The notes under the pieces were generated by a model. That model did not search any database. It was given only the letters and a program-made list of their open reading frames with translations, and was not told where the DNA came from. From contig NC_087250.1 of the NCBI RefSeq assembly GCF_037042905.1, positions 8,930,001-8,994,000 of the forward strand: a stretch of 64,000 bases of DNA, in the 5' to 3' direction. The position numbers and the translations under genes were made by a program. Shown piece after piece: positions 1 through 12,900 of the stretch; position 1 is the stretch's first letter, and every line of letters starts with the position of its first letter. The DNA comes from Lytechinus pictus (lineage: Eukaryota).

Positions 1-790
1 AGTTGCGCATCTGAATGAACATGCGTGCGCGTGTTTAGATTTAGACCTAGTATCTGGGCATTCTCAATACATTTTTTTATCATAAAAATCAATAATGCGA
101 GCGCGAAGCGTGAACAGAAAATATTTGATATTCCGATGTGAAAAGGAGTGAATTTAAACACTGTTTCAAGTACTCTGTCAGTGGGGGGGGGGGGGGGGGA
201 GCGGTTTCTACAAAGCGTCGTTCATTTTCATTACAATTAATTCTGTCATTTATCATACCTACCAGATTTCTAGAAGGGGCTGCATAAAATAACACACGCA
301 GCACCGCCAAGGAAAATTTTGGGCGGGTTTCAGCACTTCCGCTTCCCAGGGCCATTGGGCTGGGCGAAAAAGACTGTGAAATTTGATTTCTATTGTCTGA
401 CTTGTAAGTCCAACCACACCCACGCCCCCCCTGCTATCAAGTAGTGTGTATGGTTAACAGGTATCGCACGCGACCACGTCTGTATCGGAGTGCCAGAGCT
501 TGATTTAGTCGCGAAAGGAGGGCAAGGGATATATGTTATTGGAATATGTGAAAGTCAGTGGTAAATGATTTGTGATTGTCGGATGTGATAATTACGTACA
601 TTATAACATATTAAAAAAATACAGGGGAACCTGATTTCGTGGGGGTGCTGCCTATGAAAAATAATACACGCAGCACCCCCAGGAAATTTTCTGGGGGGTG
701 CTTCATCACCCCCAGCACCCCCCGCTTCCCAGGTCCATGATTTGCAGTAGTAGAAATTAAGCGAGCAATGTTCATTTCCAAACCTTTTCT

Positions 791-945
791 TGATTCAGCC
801 ACGGACCTACAACATGATTCAGCCATGGACCTACAACATGATTCAGCCATGGACCTACAACATGATTCAGCCATGGACCTACAACCTGATTTAGCCATGG
901 ACCTACAACATGATTCAGCCAAGGACATACGATATGATTCAACCA
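791..945. repeat. 24-bp minisatellite (TGATTCAGCCATGGACCTACAACA), ~6 copies
   Basis: Unit starts at 791, 815, 839, 863, 887, 911. Confidence 0.9.
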
Positions 946-1779
946 GTGGGCGGAGAGTACCTAAGAGTGTTCGTCGTGGACCGACTCCGTCCTAGTACAC
1001 TATTCTGTGTAATCCCATAGGGTTTTTTTTTGCCAAAATTGATTTTGTGGTTGTTTTGGCTTCAATAGGGTCCCTTGAGACCAAACATGATGGGATTCAA
1101 ATTTTCAGACCCCTCCTTCCCTTCGTGGGGGTCCTTTTTGGCGCCATTTTGGCCTGTACCAAGCCCAATAGGATAAGCAATTGTTTTCACCCTTATTTCT
1201 CAATTTTTATCGCCAATTTTATTCTTAAGTTGTGTGAGGTGTACAAAAATGAATATTTGATGTTGTGATTTCAATGTTTTTCACTTTTACCATATATGGG
1301 GGAGGACTTAACGAAAAATGCCGAAAAATTGTAAAATATTACCCCCAAAAGTGTAATTTTCCCCCTTTTTGGCACTAGAAAACATGGTTAGAAAAAGATT
1401 ACAAAATTAAGTGATGTTGTGATTTAGGCTATCCTGACTGATGCAATATCTAATATTTCGTTTGCAATACTTTCCACATTGTTATTTTTATTATTATTCT
1501 TGTCAATAAATGAATATGTCTTTGTTATATAGTCCAATAACAGAGGAATACATCACATGTGATTTATATGATTATTCTTGTCAATTGATGTAAAAATCAA
1601 ACCCATTTCAGGAATCTATGTCGTGAAAACCTTACGACATTTCTAGATGGCGCCATAACTTATCATAATGATATTAATGTGGTACGGTATGTCATGACAC
1701 AGCTCCTGTAGATTTTTTTTGCCAAAATGATTTTTTTTTTCATTTGGATTCACTTAGGTCCAATTTATCAGGAAGTGTG

Positions 1780-2580
1780 TTCATCACTCCTGGTGCAGGT
1801 ATTGTCTGTTTAATGAGATATAACCATCTTTAAGGGAATTAAATGATTACCATTTTCACGTCAATATAATTATATCAAATATATCTCCTCGCACTTCGAG
1901 CTTTTACTATTTAATGTAGTGACATATGCTTCGTTTTTATGACTACTTAAAGTGATTGCCCCTAAAGGTCTTAATATAAAACAGTTCCAGTCCGTGCTTG
2001 CGTTCGCATTAGTGGCTTGGTGAGATAAGTCTGCTATTCATGAATTCCTACAAAAAAATCCTTAAAATGCCCCTTTTCTGGTCTGAATAACAAATCTCAA
2101 ACTAGTTTGATAGTGAGATACATATCATATTCATGATTGCATGACTACAAAAAGGCGCTCACATTTAGATGACTATGGTGAGATATGTAGGCCTATGCTC
2201 TTCATGAATTCCTTAAAATATAGTCTTTAAAATGTCCCTGTTTGGGGTCAATGTACAAAAAATAAAAAATAAAAAAATAAGCTCGCGCTTCGCGCTCGCA
2301 TTTTTAGTTTAATGAGGCAGGTACGTTTTATGATTACAAAATTTGTTTATAATGCCCCCCTTTTTTTAGATCTGAATATCAACATTTTTTAGCTCGCGCT
2401 TTGCGCTCGCGTTATTCGATCAGTGGGATACATATAAATTCATTGACACAGTCCTTAATAAAATTTCTCTATTAAGTCAGTATACCTGGCAATTAATTAA
2501 GCGCGGTTCGCGCGCCCAATAAGTGACTCAATTTTTTGCTGGTGCCTCCCTAATGCAGTGACTCATGGTAAGCCTCTGCG
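1780..2580. repeat. Dispersed repeat with GCTCGCGCTTCGCGCTCGC motifs (hAT-like non-autonomous family)
   Basis: Homologous to ~63540-64000, with the same motif throughout 33570-36530. Confidence 0.55.
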
Positions 2581-2679
2581 TATGTATTTTATGTCTACCG
2601 TGTTCGACCTCCATGTTTTAATAGTGAAGAAAACTATTTCAGCTTATTCCAAGACAGTTATGAATGAATCGAGCACCAA

Positions 2680-3095
2680 ATGTGACCCCCCCCCCCAAAA
2701 AAAAAAATGCGTTTAAAGGGGTGTTTTTCAGTTTTGGACGCGGTCCGCGCGTGGACTCGTTAAGGGTATCAAAAACACCGATTTTCAAGAAAAAGGGTGG
2801 TTTTGAAAGACTGGTCAACGGTCAATCGCGGGGTCAAACGTATTTAGGGTATGCTTTACCCCTAAAGTTTTTTTTTAAAGACTAGCCAAACGTGTTTAGG
2901 GTATGTTTTTCCCCCAAGCTTTTTCCCCGAGGTCATACTTTGGCGACAACTTGTTTAGGGGCCAAAATGTGTAAATAAAGCCCGCGAGAAACTTGTTTTA
3001 GGGGGTTCTTTTGCACACAGAGAAAAACTCATTTAGGGGGTGTTTGGAAATTCCTTGGTCACGCGTACAACAATATATTTGACTGCCCCCCCAGG
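2680..3095. repeat. Dispersed repeat, second copy at ~62380-62880
   Basis: Shared text such as GGTTTTGAAAGACTGGTCAA.GGTCAATCGCGGGGTCAAACGTA. Confidence 0.7.
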
Positions 3096-3560
3096 CAAAT
3101 GTGCTGACAAAAGGAAACTGCTACGTTAGTGATTATGACACTTCTGGCTATCCAGACCAGAGGTTGAGTTAAACCAGAGTTCTGAATACGGACCAATATG
3201 CGTTGTATGACATTGTAATTTATGCATATTTATTCATAGTTTTTATACTATAACAAAAACATTCGTAATTGATTGATTCACAAAACTAGTGATATCTCTT
3301 TATTTTGTTTACACTAAATGTAGTGCGATTATATCAGTGCGGCCCAGAAAAAAAAGAAATCCGTATTCTGAAACATATATGACAATATGTACCATGTTTA
3401 GACCACAAATCTTGTCATGGTTGTCTGAACCGGGGACGTCCCCAGTTGTAGGACGTCCCTGGTTGCTGGGTAAAGTAAAGTAATATAAATGATAATAATT
3501 ATAAAATGTCCTCAGTAGTAGGTGATTAAAAACTTACACACACACACACACACATGGGTA

Positions 3561-5354
3561 CCCAGGACCAAAATCCAGTTGAAACCAATTAGAGCAAATC
3601 CAATTGAAACCAGTTGGCCAACTGGTTTCAATAGGGAAATTGGAACAACTGGAACCAATTGAAACCAGTTGCCAACTGGTTCCAGTTAAAACCAATTGGG
3701 CAACTGGAACCAGTTGGCAATTGGTTTCAATTGGTTCCAGTTGAAACCAATTTAAGCAACCAGTTGGCAACTGGTTTCAATTGGTTCCAGTTGTTCCAAT
3801 TTCCCTATTAAAACCAGTTGAATCCAATTGGAGGCAACTGGTTTCAATTGGTTCCAGTTGAAACCAATTGGAGGCAACTGGTTTCAACTGGATCCAGTTG
3901 AAACTAATTGGTTTCCAACTGGATCCAATTGGAAATTCCAGTTGGAATGACTTAATTAATGACAAATTAATTAGAATTTGCACTAACTATTGCTCATGCC
4001 AACAAAGAAGCAGTGCTATATGTTTATTAATACCAATGTAAAGGGCATTGATAAAATAGACTTTCTTCATGTATATCTATTTATATGAAAGATCTTCAAA
4101 TATATGTATTTGTATTTGATGTAATTTGGTAACAGTTAGTGGTGTACTAATTATCTTATAATCTGTTTTAATTATAATCTATAACATTTATGAAAATGGT
4201 TTTCACTGCTAAGCATTCTAAACACTTATCTGAAACAAGTATGGTACTTGAATTAGAAAAGAATTAAATAGATACATTTTAAATGATGATGAATCACATA
4301 AAACATTAATCTGTGTACACTGGCAGATAATATGCAAATTAACTGGTTTCAATTGGAACCAGTTGGGTAACTGGAAAATTTCCAATTGGAAACCAATTGG
4401 AAGTCATTTCCAGTTACCCAACTGGTTCCAGTTAGGATTTCCAGTTACCCAACTGGTTCCAATTAGAAATCATTTCCAGTTGGAAGTCATTTCTAGTTAC
4501 CCAATTGGTTCCAGTTAGGATTTCCAGTTACCCAACTGGTTCCAGTTAGAAATCATTTCCAGTTAGAAGTCATTTCCAGTTAGAAATCCTTTCCAGTTGG
4601 AAGTCATTTCCAGTTACCCAATTGGTTCCAGTTAGGATTTCCAGTTACCCAACTGGTTCCAGTTAGAAATCATTTACAGTTGGAAGTCATTTCCAGTTAC
4701 CCAATTGGTTCCAGTTAGGATTTCCAGTTACCCAACTGGTTCCAGTTAGAAATCATTTCCAGTTGGAAGTCATTTCCAGTTACCCAACTGGTTCCAGTTA
4801 GGATTTCCAGTTACCCAACTGGTTCCAGTTAGAAATCATTTACAGTTGGAAGTCATTTCCAGTTACCCAACTGGTTCCAGTTAGGATTTTCAGTTACCCA
4901 ACTGGTTCCAGTTAGAAATCATTTCCAGTTAGAAGTCATTTCCAGTTACCCAACTGGTTCCAGTTAGGATTTCCAGTTACCCAACTGGTTCCAGTTAGAA
5001 ACCATTTCCAGTTGGAAGTCATTTCAAGTTACCCAACTGGTTCCAGTTAGGATTTCCAGTTACCCAACTGGTTCCAGTTAGAAATCATTTCCAGTTAGAA
5101 GTCATTTCCAGCTACCCAACTGGTTCCAGTTAGGATTTCCAGTTACCCAATTGGTTCCAGTTAGAAATCATTTCCAGTTGGAAGTCATTTCCAGTTACCC
5201 AACTGGTTCCAGTTAGGATTTCCAGTTGCCCAACTGGTTTCAATTGGTTTCAACTGGAAATTGTTATATTCCAGTTAAAACCAATTGAAACCAGTTGAAA
5301 CCAATTGAAACCAGTTGGAAATCCAACTGGTTTCAATTGGATTTTGGTCCTGGG
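3561..5354. mobile_element. Non-autonomous TIR element (CACTA/EnSpm-like, CCC termini) carrying an 83-bp satellite array
   Basis: TIR CCCAGGACCAAAATCCARTTGAAACCA at both ends with TA duplication. Subterminal CCAGTT/AACTGG motifs and ~10 x 83-bp units at ~4400-5230. Confidence 0.8.
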
Positions 5355-5593
5355 TAACGCATTACATCATCAATCGGCCATAATAAACTTTGATAGACAC
5401 TTGTTACAAAATCGCGAGAAAAATAAAACACACTTTAATTTCATGAAATTACAATAAAATCCTTTATTTGATCATGTTTATTATTTCAAGCAATCATAGC
5501 TTGTCTTACAAACCCAAACGAAATGTCTCTACTGAGCAACCGCAAATATGGACGCCCCCAACCGGACCTCGTATTATGTCACAGGGACAATAA

Positions 5594-6235
5594 AGGGGAA
5601 TCCAGCCCAATAAAAAGATAAGATAGATAAGATAAGATAGATAAGATATTTATTCGTCTTTTTTTCTTTCTACACAAACATCAGAGGAAAAAGAAAACTC
5701 AGACAAGTTGATAAGTGAAAGTTTGAACAATATCGGACAAACGATAAGAAAGTTATGACATGTTAAAAGTTGTAAAACTTGCTAATCCCTATACCCATGG
5801 AGGTTTCAAATTGGCCGCAAATGTGATGTCATCGTGTTGTAAGGCAATGACTACTCTTCCATGTACTCCAAAACATACAATAGTTATTTTTTTTCAAATT
5901 AAAGTTTTATTTCAATTTATTTGTTCCTTTTATGAGGACATAAAACAATATACTACCTGGGTTATATTTAGATTACTGCCCCAGGAGAATGGGTACTTAG
6001 GCGAGAACCAGAAATCCGTGATAACTAAGTACATGGTCTATAGGAAAGTTGTCCTTTCCCCTTGTCATAATTTACTTACACAGTTGCCAATTTGAAAATT
6101 TCATAGGGATCTCAATTTTAAAGCAGCTATAACTTGCGTATTGCTCGTCCGATTTCGTTCAAACTTTCATCATTCTGTTTTCTTGATATTTTTCCTTTCC
6201 AACCCAATATTTTATGACCAAGGCTGGATTCCCCT
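5594..6235. mobile_element. Kolobok-like MITE
   Basis: TIR AGGGGAATCCAGCC, flanks ATAA/TTAA. Confidence 0.7.
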
Positions 6236-6839
6236 TTAATACCTTTCTTATAACATTGAATCTTAATAAACTTGTTTTGTGTTATATTTGTAACATTCTC
6301 TCTAAAAAGGGTCACATTTTTATTATTTTTTTATTATTGATGTCATTATCATTATTTCATTTTAGTTCATTTCATTTCATTTATTTATTTACTTAATTAT
6401 TTAATTATCTATTATTAACATTCACTATTTATTGATTTATTATTATCATTATTATTATTATTATTATTATTTTTTTTTTTTTTGGGGGGGAGGGCTTTAC
6501 AAAAAGTGTGCTTCGTGGTGAGGGGGGGGGGTGACCATGTGAAGAATGCTGCATTATGTGTTAGGAATTACCTGGCAAGATAGGAGAAGATGAGGGTTTG
6601 GGGTGTTCCTATAAGACGATGCGCTTCATATTGGAGTTCATTTGAGTTTCTTCACAAACATTAATATAAGAAACAGCGAAATCGTGCTTTATCGAAGAAA
6701 ATCACTGACTCGTGATATAATGGCCACAATTTGGCTGAATTATGTCATTGGTTATACCTAAACAATAGTAGCTCTGTCCATGTTAATATGAAATATGTAT
6801 GTTTAGGCCTATAGTTGAATTAAATCGCATAATATATTT

Positions 6840-6954
6840 TCAGCTATTTGGGCCATCTCTTGATAGAAAAGGTTCTGTGGCATCATCAGCATCTGTATTA
6901 ATCGATAGAGGGCGCCTTCCATCAACCTTGCCGATACCCTTGCATTGTAGAACA
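6840..6954 (-). CDS. SLC46A: SLC46-like last coding exon
   Basis: ttcttcag|(G)VLQCKG...DGPNS*, phase 2 matches exon 5. Confidence 0.8.
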
Positions 6955-9900
6955 CTGAAGAAGTGGTATACAAATACAGTAGGAACAGGGAAAGAGAGAG
7001 GAAGAAAGGGAGGGGACAGAGACAAAATAGATACATGAAGAGAGGGACAATGAAATTGAAAAAAAAAAGCATGTTTTAAAAGTTTGTGTGAACAATCAGC
7101 CATTGGGGACAAACATTTCAAATATACTACGTTCATTGACCCTAAATGACATTTGACCCTGATCATGTGACCTAAGACTTGACAGTGATACTTGATTACC
7201 CCTATAGCCACATTTAATAAACTATATCCATAAACTTTGAAAGTTATGACAGCAATTTAATAATTACCTCCAATAGGGCCAGAGTTCATTGACCTTAAAT
7301 GACCTTTGAATTTGGTCATGTGACCTGAAACTCGCACAGGATGTTCAGTGATACTCAATTACTCTTATGTTTTTGTCTTATGAATCAGATTCATAAACTG
7401 TTGAAGTTATGATGGTATTTCAACAAAATCTCCCACTTGGCCCAAGTTCATTGACCTTAAATGACCTTTGACCTTGGTCATGTGACCTGAAACAGGTTGA
7501 TTACTCTTAGGTCCAAGTTATGTGATGTTAATTTAACAAATACCCACACCTTGGTCAAAGTTCATTGACCCTAAATGTTTTTTGTCCTTGGTCATGTGAC
7601 TTGAAACTCAAGCAGGATGTTTAGTAAAATTTGATTAGCCTTATGGCTAAGTTTCACGAACTAGCTAGGTCTATATACTTTCGAAGTTATGACATTTCAA
7701 AATCTTAACTCTAGCTTAAGATTTTGGTGTTGATTCCCCCAACATGGTCTAAGTTCATTGACCCTAAATGAACTTTGACCTTGATTGTGTGACCTGAAAC
7801 TCAGGCAGGATATTTAGTAATACTTGATTAATCTTAATTCCAAATTTAATGAACTAGGTCAATATACTTTTTAAGTTATGATGTCACTTAAAATGACTTA
7901 ACCTTCGGTTAAGATTTGATGTTGAAGCCGCCACCGTCAGAAAAACGGCGCTTATAGTCTCACTCTGCTATGCAGGTGAGACAAAAATGAATAATGAAAT
8001 GAATTAAATTGAGAAATATACATCAATAAATGAATTGAATAACAAAAAAAAATTATTAAATCGATAAGAAAGTAAAAAAAGAAGATGATGAAGAAGAAGA
8101 AAGAAATGGTAGAAAGCAAGTAGAATAATTGATGAAAAAAATGAAGAAGCAAAAGCAAAGAATGACAAGATGACACACATGAATAAAGAATGCTTGTGTC
8201 TAAGATACCTTACCCGGTAATGATGATTGGGATGATCAACAGTGCCGACATTACGAAGAAGACCGCTGTTGATAAGAGATCGATAGTAGCGTAGTATATT
8301 CCATTTACTATGGGCGTGGCGAGAAAGGCAGAAAGGCCGTCCAAGACGCCCAACGCAGCAAATAATGCTCCTTTAAGTTCATAAAAGATAAAGATAGGAA
8401 TGTAATAGACACAAGGCATTCAGGAATAACATAAAACAAATAACCTCCACAAGTGGAAGATTACGAGTTTCTCCAAGCACTCACCCAACGGGGTACACAG
8501 CAAAAACTGTGGTGTTAACCGGTGAACATAGAGGACCACACCAGTTATTTTACACCGGTGTTAAATTGACAGTAGCGCGTTTTCGCCCAGCGTCGTACGA
8601 CGCTATCTACGACGTAGAACGATCTCTTGGTTCGTGCGTCCGTCGCGCTCAACTCTCGCTTGTAAGCAGTTTCGCAAATCGCTGAACGCGGCCGGATCGA
8701 CCGGAAGTACGTAGACTGCATGACGTCACCACTACTAGGGAAAATCCCGCGTCCGCGCTCTATGAACTGGCTGTCGGCGCGCGCTTGCTCGCTCTACAAG
8801 CGATCTGATTGGCTGTTGACGGCTGTTGACAAATCCTACGTTCTAATGCGGACGCCCGCTAATTTGCGGAAGAACCGTCCGTGATTTGAGCTCAAGAACG
8901 CTCGGGCCTCTGTTTCCATGGAAGTTGGCGATTTTTGCACACGACCCTTACGTTCTACGTCGTACGACGCTGGGCGAAAACGCGCTAATGTTAGTTTAAC
9001 ACCTACAGGTGTTATACAATACCTTTGGTTGTTACATTTACACTCTTTGGTGTTATGTTCAATCTCTAGGGTGTAATTTTAACACCTCAGGGTGTGGTCT
9101 TCTATTAACACCAACTGGCGTTAGTTTTAACACCACAGTTTTTACAGTGTATAAACCTACCATATATATTGTGACATTTGCACGAATCATTGATGTATTT
9201 ATTTTGTAAATTAAATTTCTTTGTCTTTGTGTAATGCACTTTCTTTGTTGTTGCACCGTTTTGCTCCGAATAATTCAAATGTGGTCGTAATTTCGGTATG
9301 AAAAAAAAAAATACTCTTGACATGGTAATGAAATGGACCTCATGGCCCCCCTTCAAATCATGTACCATTAAGTCCAATAAAAACTCACTTCTTAACTAAA
9401 TGTCATAACTTGTGTAATGTGTAAATCATTGTGTAAATAGGACAATATATTTGCCAAGTTAGGTTACCTTACTTTCTAAAACGCTTTTTAAAATTTATGT
9501 ATCACCATGATCACTGTATCTTTGTTGTACTTTCAAAGAAACGTCCAATATAAAACCAGCAATGTCGAGTAGGGGTTAAAAAAATCAAACGTGTCTATCG
9601 CAAATTCCATATACAGTACCAGTCACAAATCTTTGACTCACTATTACGTGTTTCAACCAGAGAACAGTTAGATTCGGTCCACTGAATCTATTGTTATCTG
9701 GCTGAAACAGGTAATAGAGAGTCAAAGAATTGTGACTGGTAGTGTATACTGTATTACCGTAATAATGTTAAAAGATTAATCTACAATAATCTTCGACATC
9801 TCTTACAACATTTGTAATACAAACCAGGCATGTCTTTAAACAATATTATCCAAAATAATGCCCACAACACAAATTTTTAACTTTTTGGGACAATACGATC

Positions 9901-12900
9901 AATAGTTATTATAGTAAATGCGTAAAAAACGCAATAGTCAAATGTACACCTTACCCCCCTCCTAACTTTCAAGTACTACTTTTATTCGAACGTCATAGTG
10001 CCCGCAATAAAATTTTGAACAATTTGGGACAGTTCGAACGATAGTTATTATAGTAATGCGTAAAACCAAAAATAGCTAGTATAGTCAACTTTGCACCATC
10101 CCCAATAGTTTTAGGTAGTTCTAATTTCTTCGAACCTCATGGGAACGGTGGATAGTTTGAAAATAATACGTACTAAGAAATAGAGAAAGCAAGTAAATGT
10201 TACCATGTTCGTTTTTCTGCACTACAGTCGAGAGGAATGTACGAATTACGGGAAGACCCAAGAGCTTGAACAACCCAAGGAACGTACCTGCAGAAAGGGA
10301 ATACAAGTATTATGAATACAAAGTTCATTTACCAATAAATGACATATCACGTGAGCTTATTCAGATAATTATATCACCGATAAAATACTTATCACGATAG
10401 CTTATTCAGATTTTTACCAATATATAACCTATCACGATAGCTTATTCAGATATTTACCAATAAATAACCCATCACGATAGCTTATTCAGAGTTTTACCAA
10501 TAAATGACCTACCACGATAGCTTATTCAGAGTTTTACCAATAAATAACCTATCACGGTAGCTTATTCAGAGTTTTACCAATAAATAACCTATCACGATAG
10601 CTTATTCAGATTGTTGAAAATGCGCTGATATAAACTGGTGTGTTAAAACTGTTCCATGACATTTGCGTTTGCGGTAGTGGAAAAACTTCGTCGGGAAGGG
10701 AAAAAATTTAATGACAACAATAGCACCAAAAAAAAGGTCAAAGTTCGAACTTTCCCTTAAATGAAAAATCAAGGTCATCATAATTCCACAAGGGACACTC
10801 TGTACCCCCTCCTCCTCCTCTAAGTACGCTAGTGGGGATGCACCTGATTCCCATCTTGTCATAGATATATCGTGGCTAAGTCTCCAGACTTTGAACCAAA
10901 GTTTCGGGGTTCGAATCCCACCATGGCTTATCGCGATGTCCGGCAAAGGCGCTTACCTACATTTGCCACTCTCCACCCAAGGACTTCGTTGATGAATGCT
11001 CGGGCACCCGATTACGGTAGCCGTGCTAATAAGCCGGGGTACTAGATTGTAGCGCTGAGAAACATTGTATTAAGTTCTATTTTGCATATTATTATCATTA
11101 TCGTGCTCATTATTATCATAACCTAAATATGTAACAATGACACACTCTCTACCTTTAAATTTTTATTTAAAAAAAGAGCTGGAGCAATCATAAACAGGAA
11201 AGGAAACAACACAAATCACTGAACCTTAATAAAAGATGTTAAAACAAGCGAACTTACTTGCAAAGATTAGGAGAGTCGATGGTATGACAAATGTGAATGC
11301 CAATGCTAGGGTATTAGCTAAACCACTTATAATCGAGACCTGCACGATCCACATATAGCTTAGCTTCAATCGTTGAAAAATACCAGCTCCGGCTACCGTT
11401 CCTGCACAATACCATAAATATGAAAACATAGGGTAACATTAATAGGTCAAATAAAAATGTATTATTTAAACAATCCTGAACTTTGATGCGTGTTATATAG
11501 CATACTTAATAATAATAATAATAATATAGGATTTGTATAGCGCACGTATCCACCTTGGTAGGTGCTCAAGGCGCTCCTACATTACCCCGGCTAAGCTAAT
11601 CTACCGATTCTGGTGCGCACAGCTTTTTGAGGAATTACTTCCTGCCGGTACCCATTTATCTCACCTGGGTCGAGTGCAGCACAATGTGGATAAATTTCTT
11701 GTTGAAGGAAAACACGCCATGGCTAGGATTCGAACTCACGACCCTCTGTTTGAAAGGCGAGAGTCAGAACCACTAGACCACGACGCTCCCACACTTATAA
11801 ACAATAGCTCAGCAAAATGATCATTAAATTAATAAAACGTCGGTTTCAATACAAATTTTAAGAAATTAGCAATTTACAGATTCTAATTAAAAAAATGAAA
11901 ATGAGGGTCTTATTAAAAAGCTGAGCTTGTATTGGTACGCCACTCTGGGCATATCATAATCTTCTAACAGGTAGTTAGAAGTCGGGTTGTGTAAACGTAA
12001 TCATATACATCGAAAAGAAAATTGGGTTTTTTATGACAAAGAAAAAAGAAAAGTGACTACACAAACTAAAAAAAAAAGAGAAAAGCAGAGAGTGGTAACG
12101 ATACCGGAAAAGCGATAATCCCTTAAGGCCACCGCACACCTTACGACTGGTCTGCGACCCGATTTCAGAATAAAATGTAATAGAATTTGATGCTAATATT
12201 GAGACTTGGAATATCTTACTGTGTAATGTTCGAAATCATCGTACGAATACCTATGATCAAATTTGTGACTATGCTATCATCCTTCTTAGAATAAAAAAGA
12301 ATTCAATATCTAGTCGTAATGATGTCATAGCAGTCTTACGATTGGCTACGATTTGAAACTAATTTGGACTTCACTCCAAAATAAGGGCTTGCAATCATTC
12401 AAAATTGTTATAATATTATTATTTTAATTAATTTTAACCTCAAATAAAATGATATGTTCCATTCACATCTTCAGAAAATTAGCAAAATGCGATTTGTTCC
12501 AAAATCGGGTCGCAGACCAGTCGTAAGGTGTGCGGTGGCCTTTATAAACAGAGAAAGGAAAAGAGAAATAAGATTGAGAGGCTAAGTGTCGTGTGCAAAA
12601 AGATAAAGAAACTCGCATATGTCTGTATGTTATACATGATACTCAAAAGGTTTATGTCGAGTATTTGCACCGCGACGCAAAACGTTTTCAAGAACATAGA
12701 AAACGTATTTTCAAATGCCTCTCATGACAAAGAGCAATCAAGAGGCTTTGCCGAAAATTGGCGAATCAAAACACCAATTTGGTCCCGGACTAATGACAGA
12801 CGAAATATTTGCAATAAAATTGTTTTGTCAGCTCCGAAACTTCCGGTTCCGGTTTACCAATCTTCGACAGAGGCCTCCTAGCTGTTCATTGTCATTTGAC

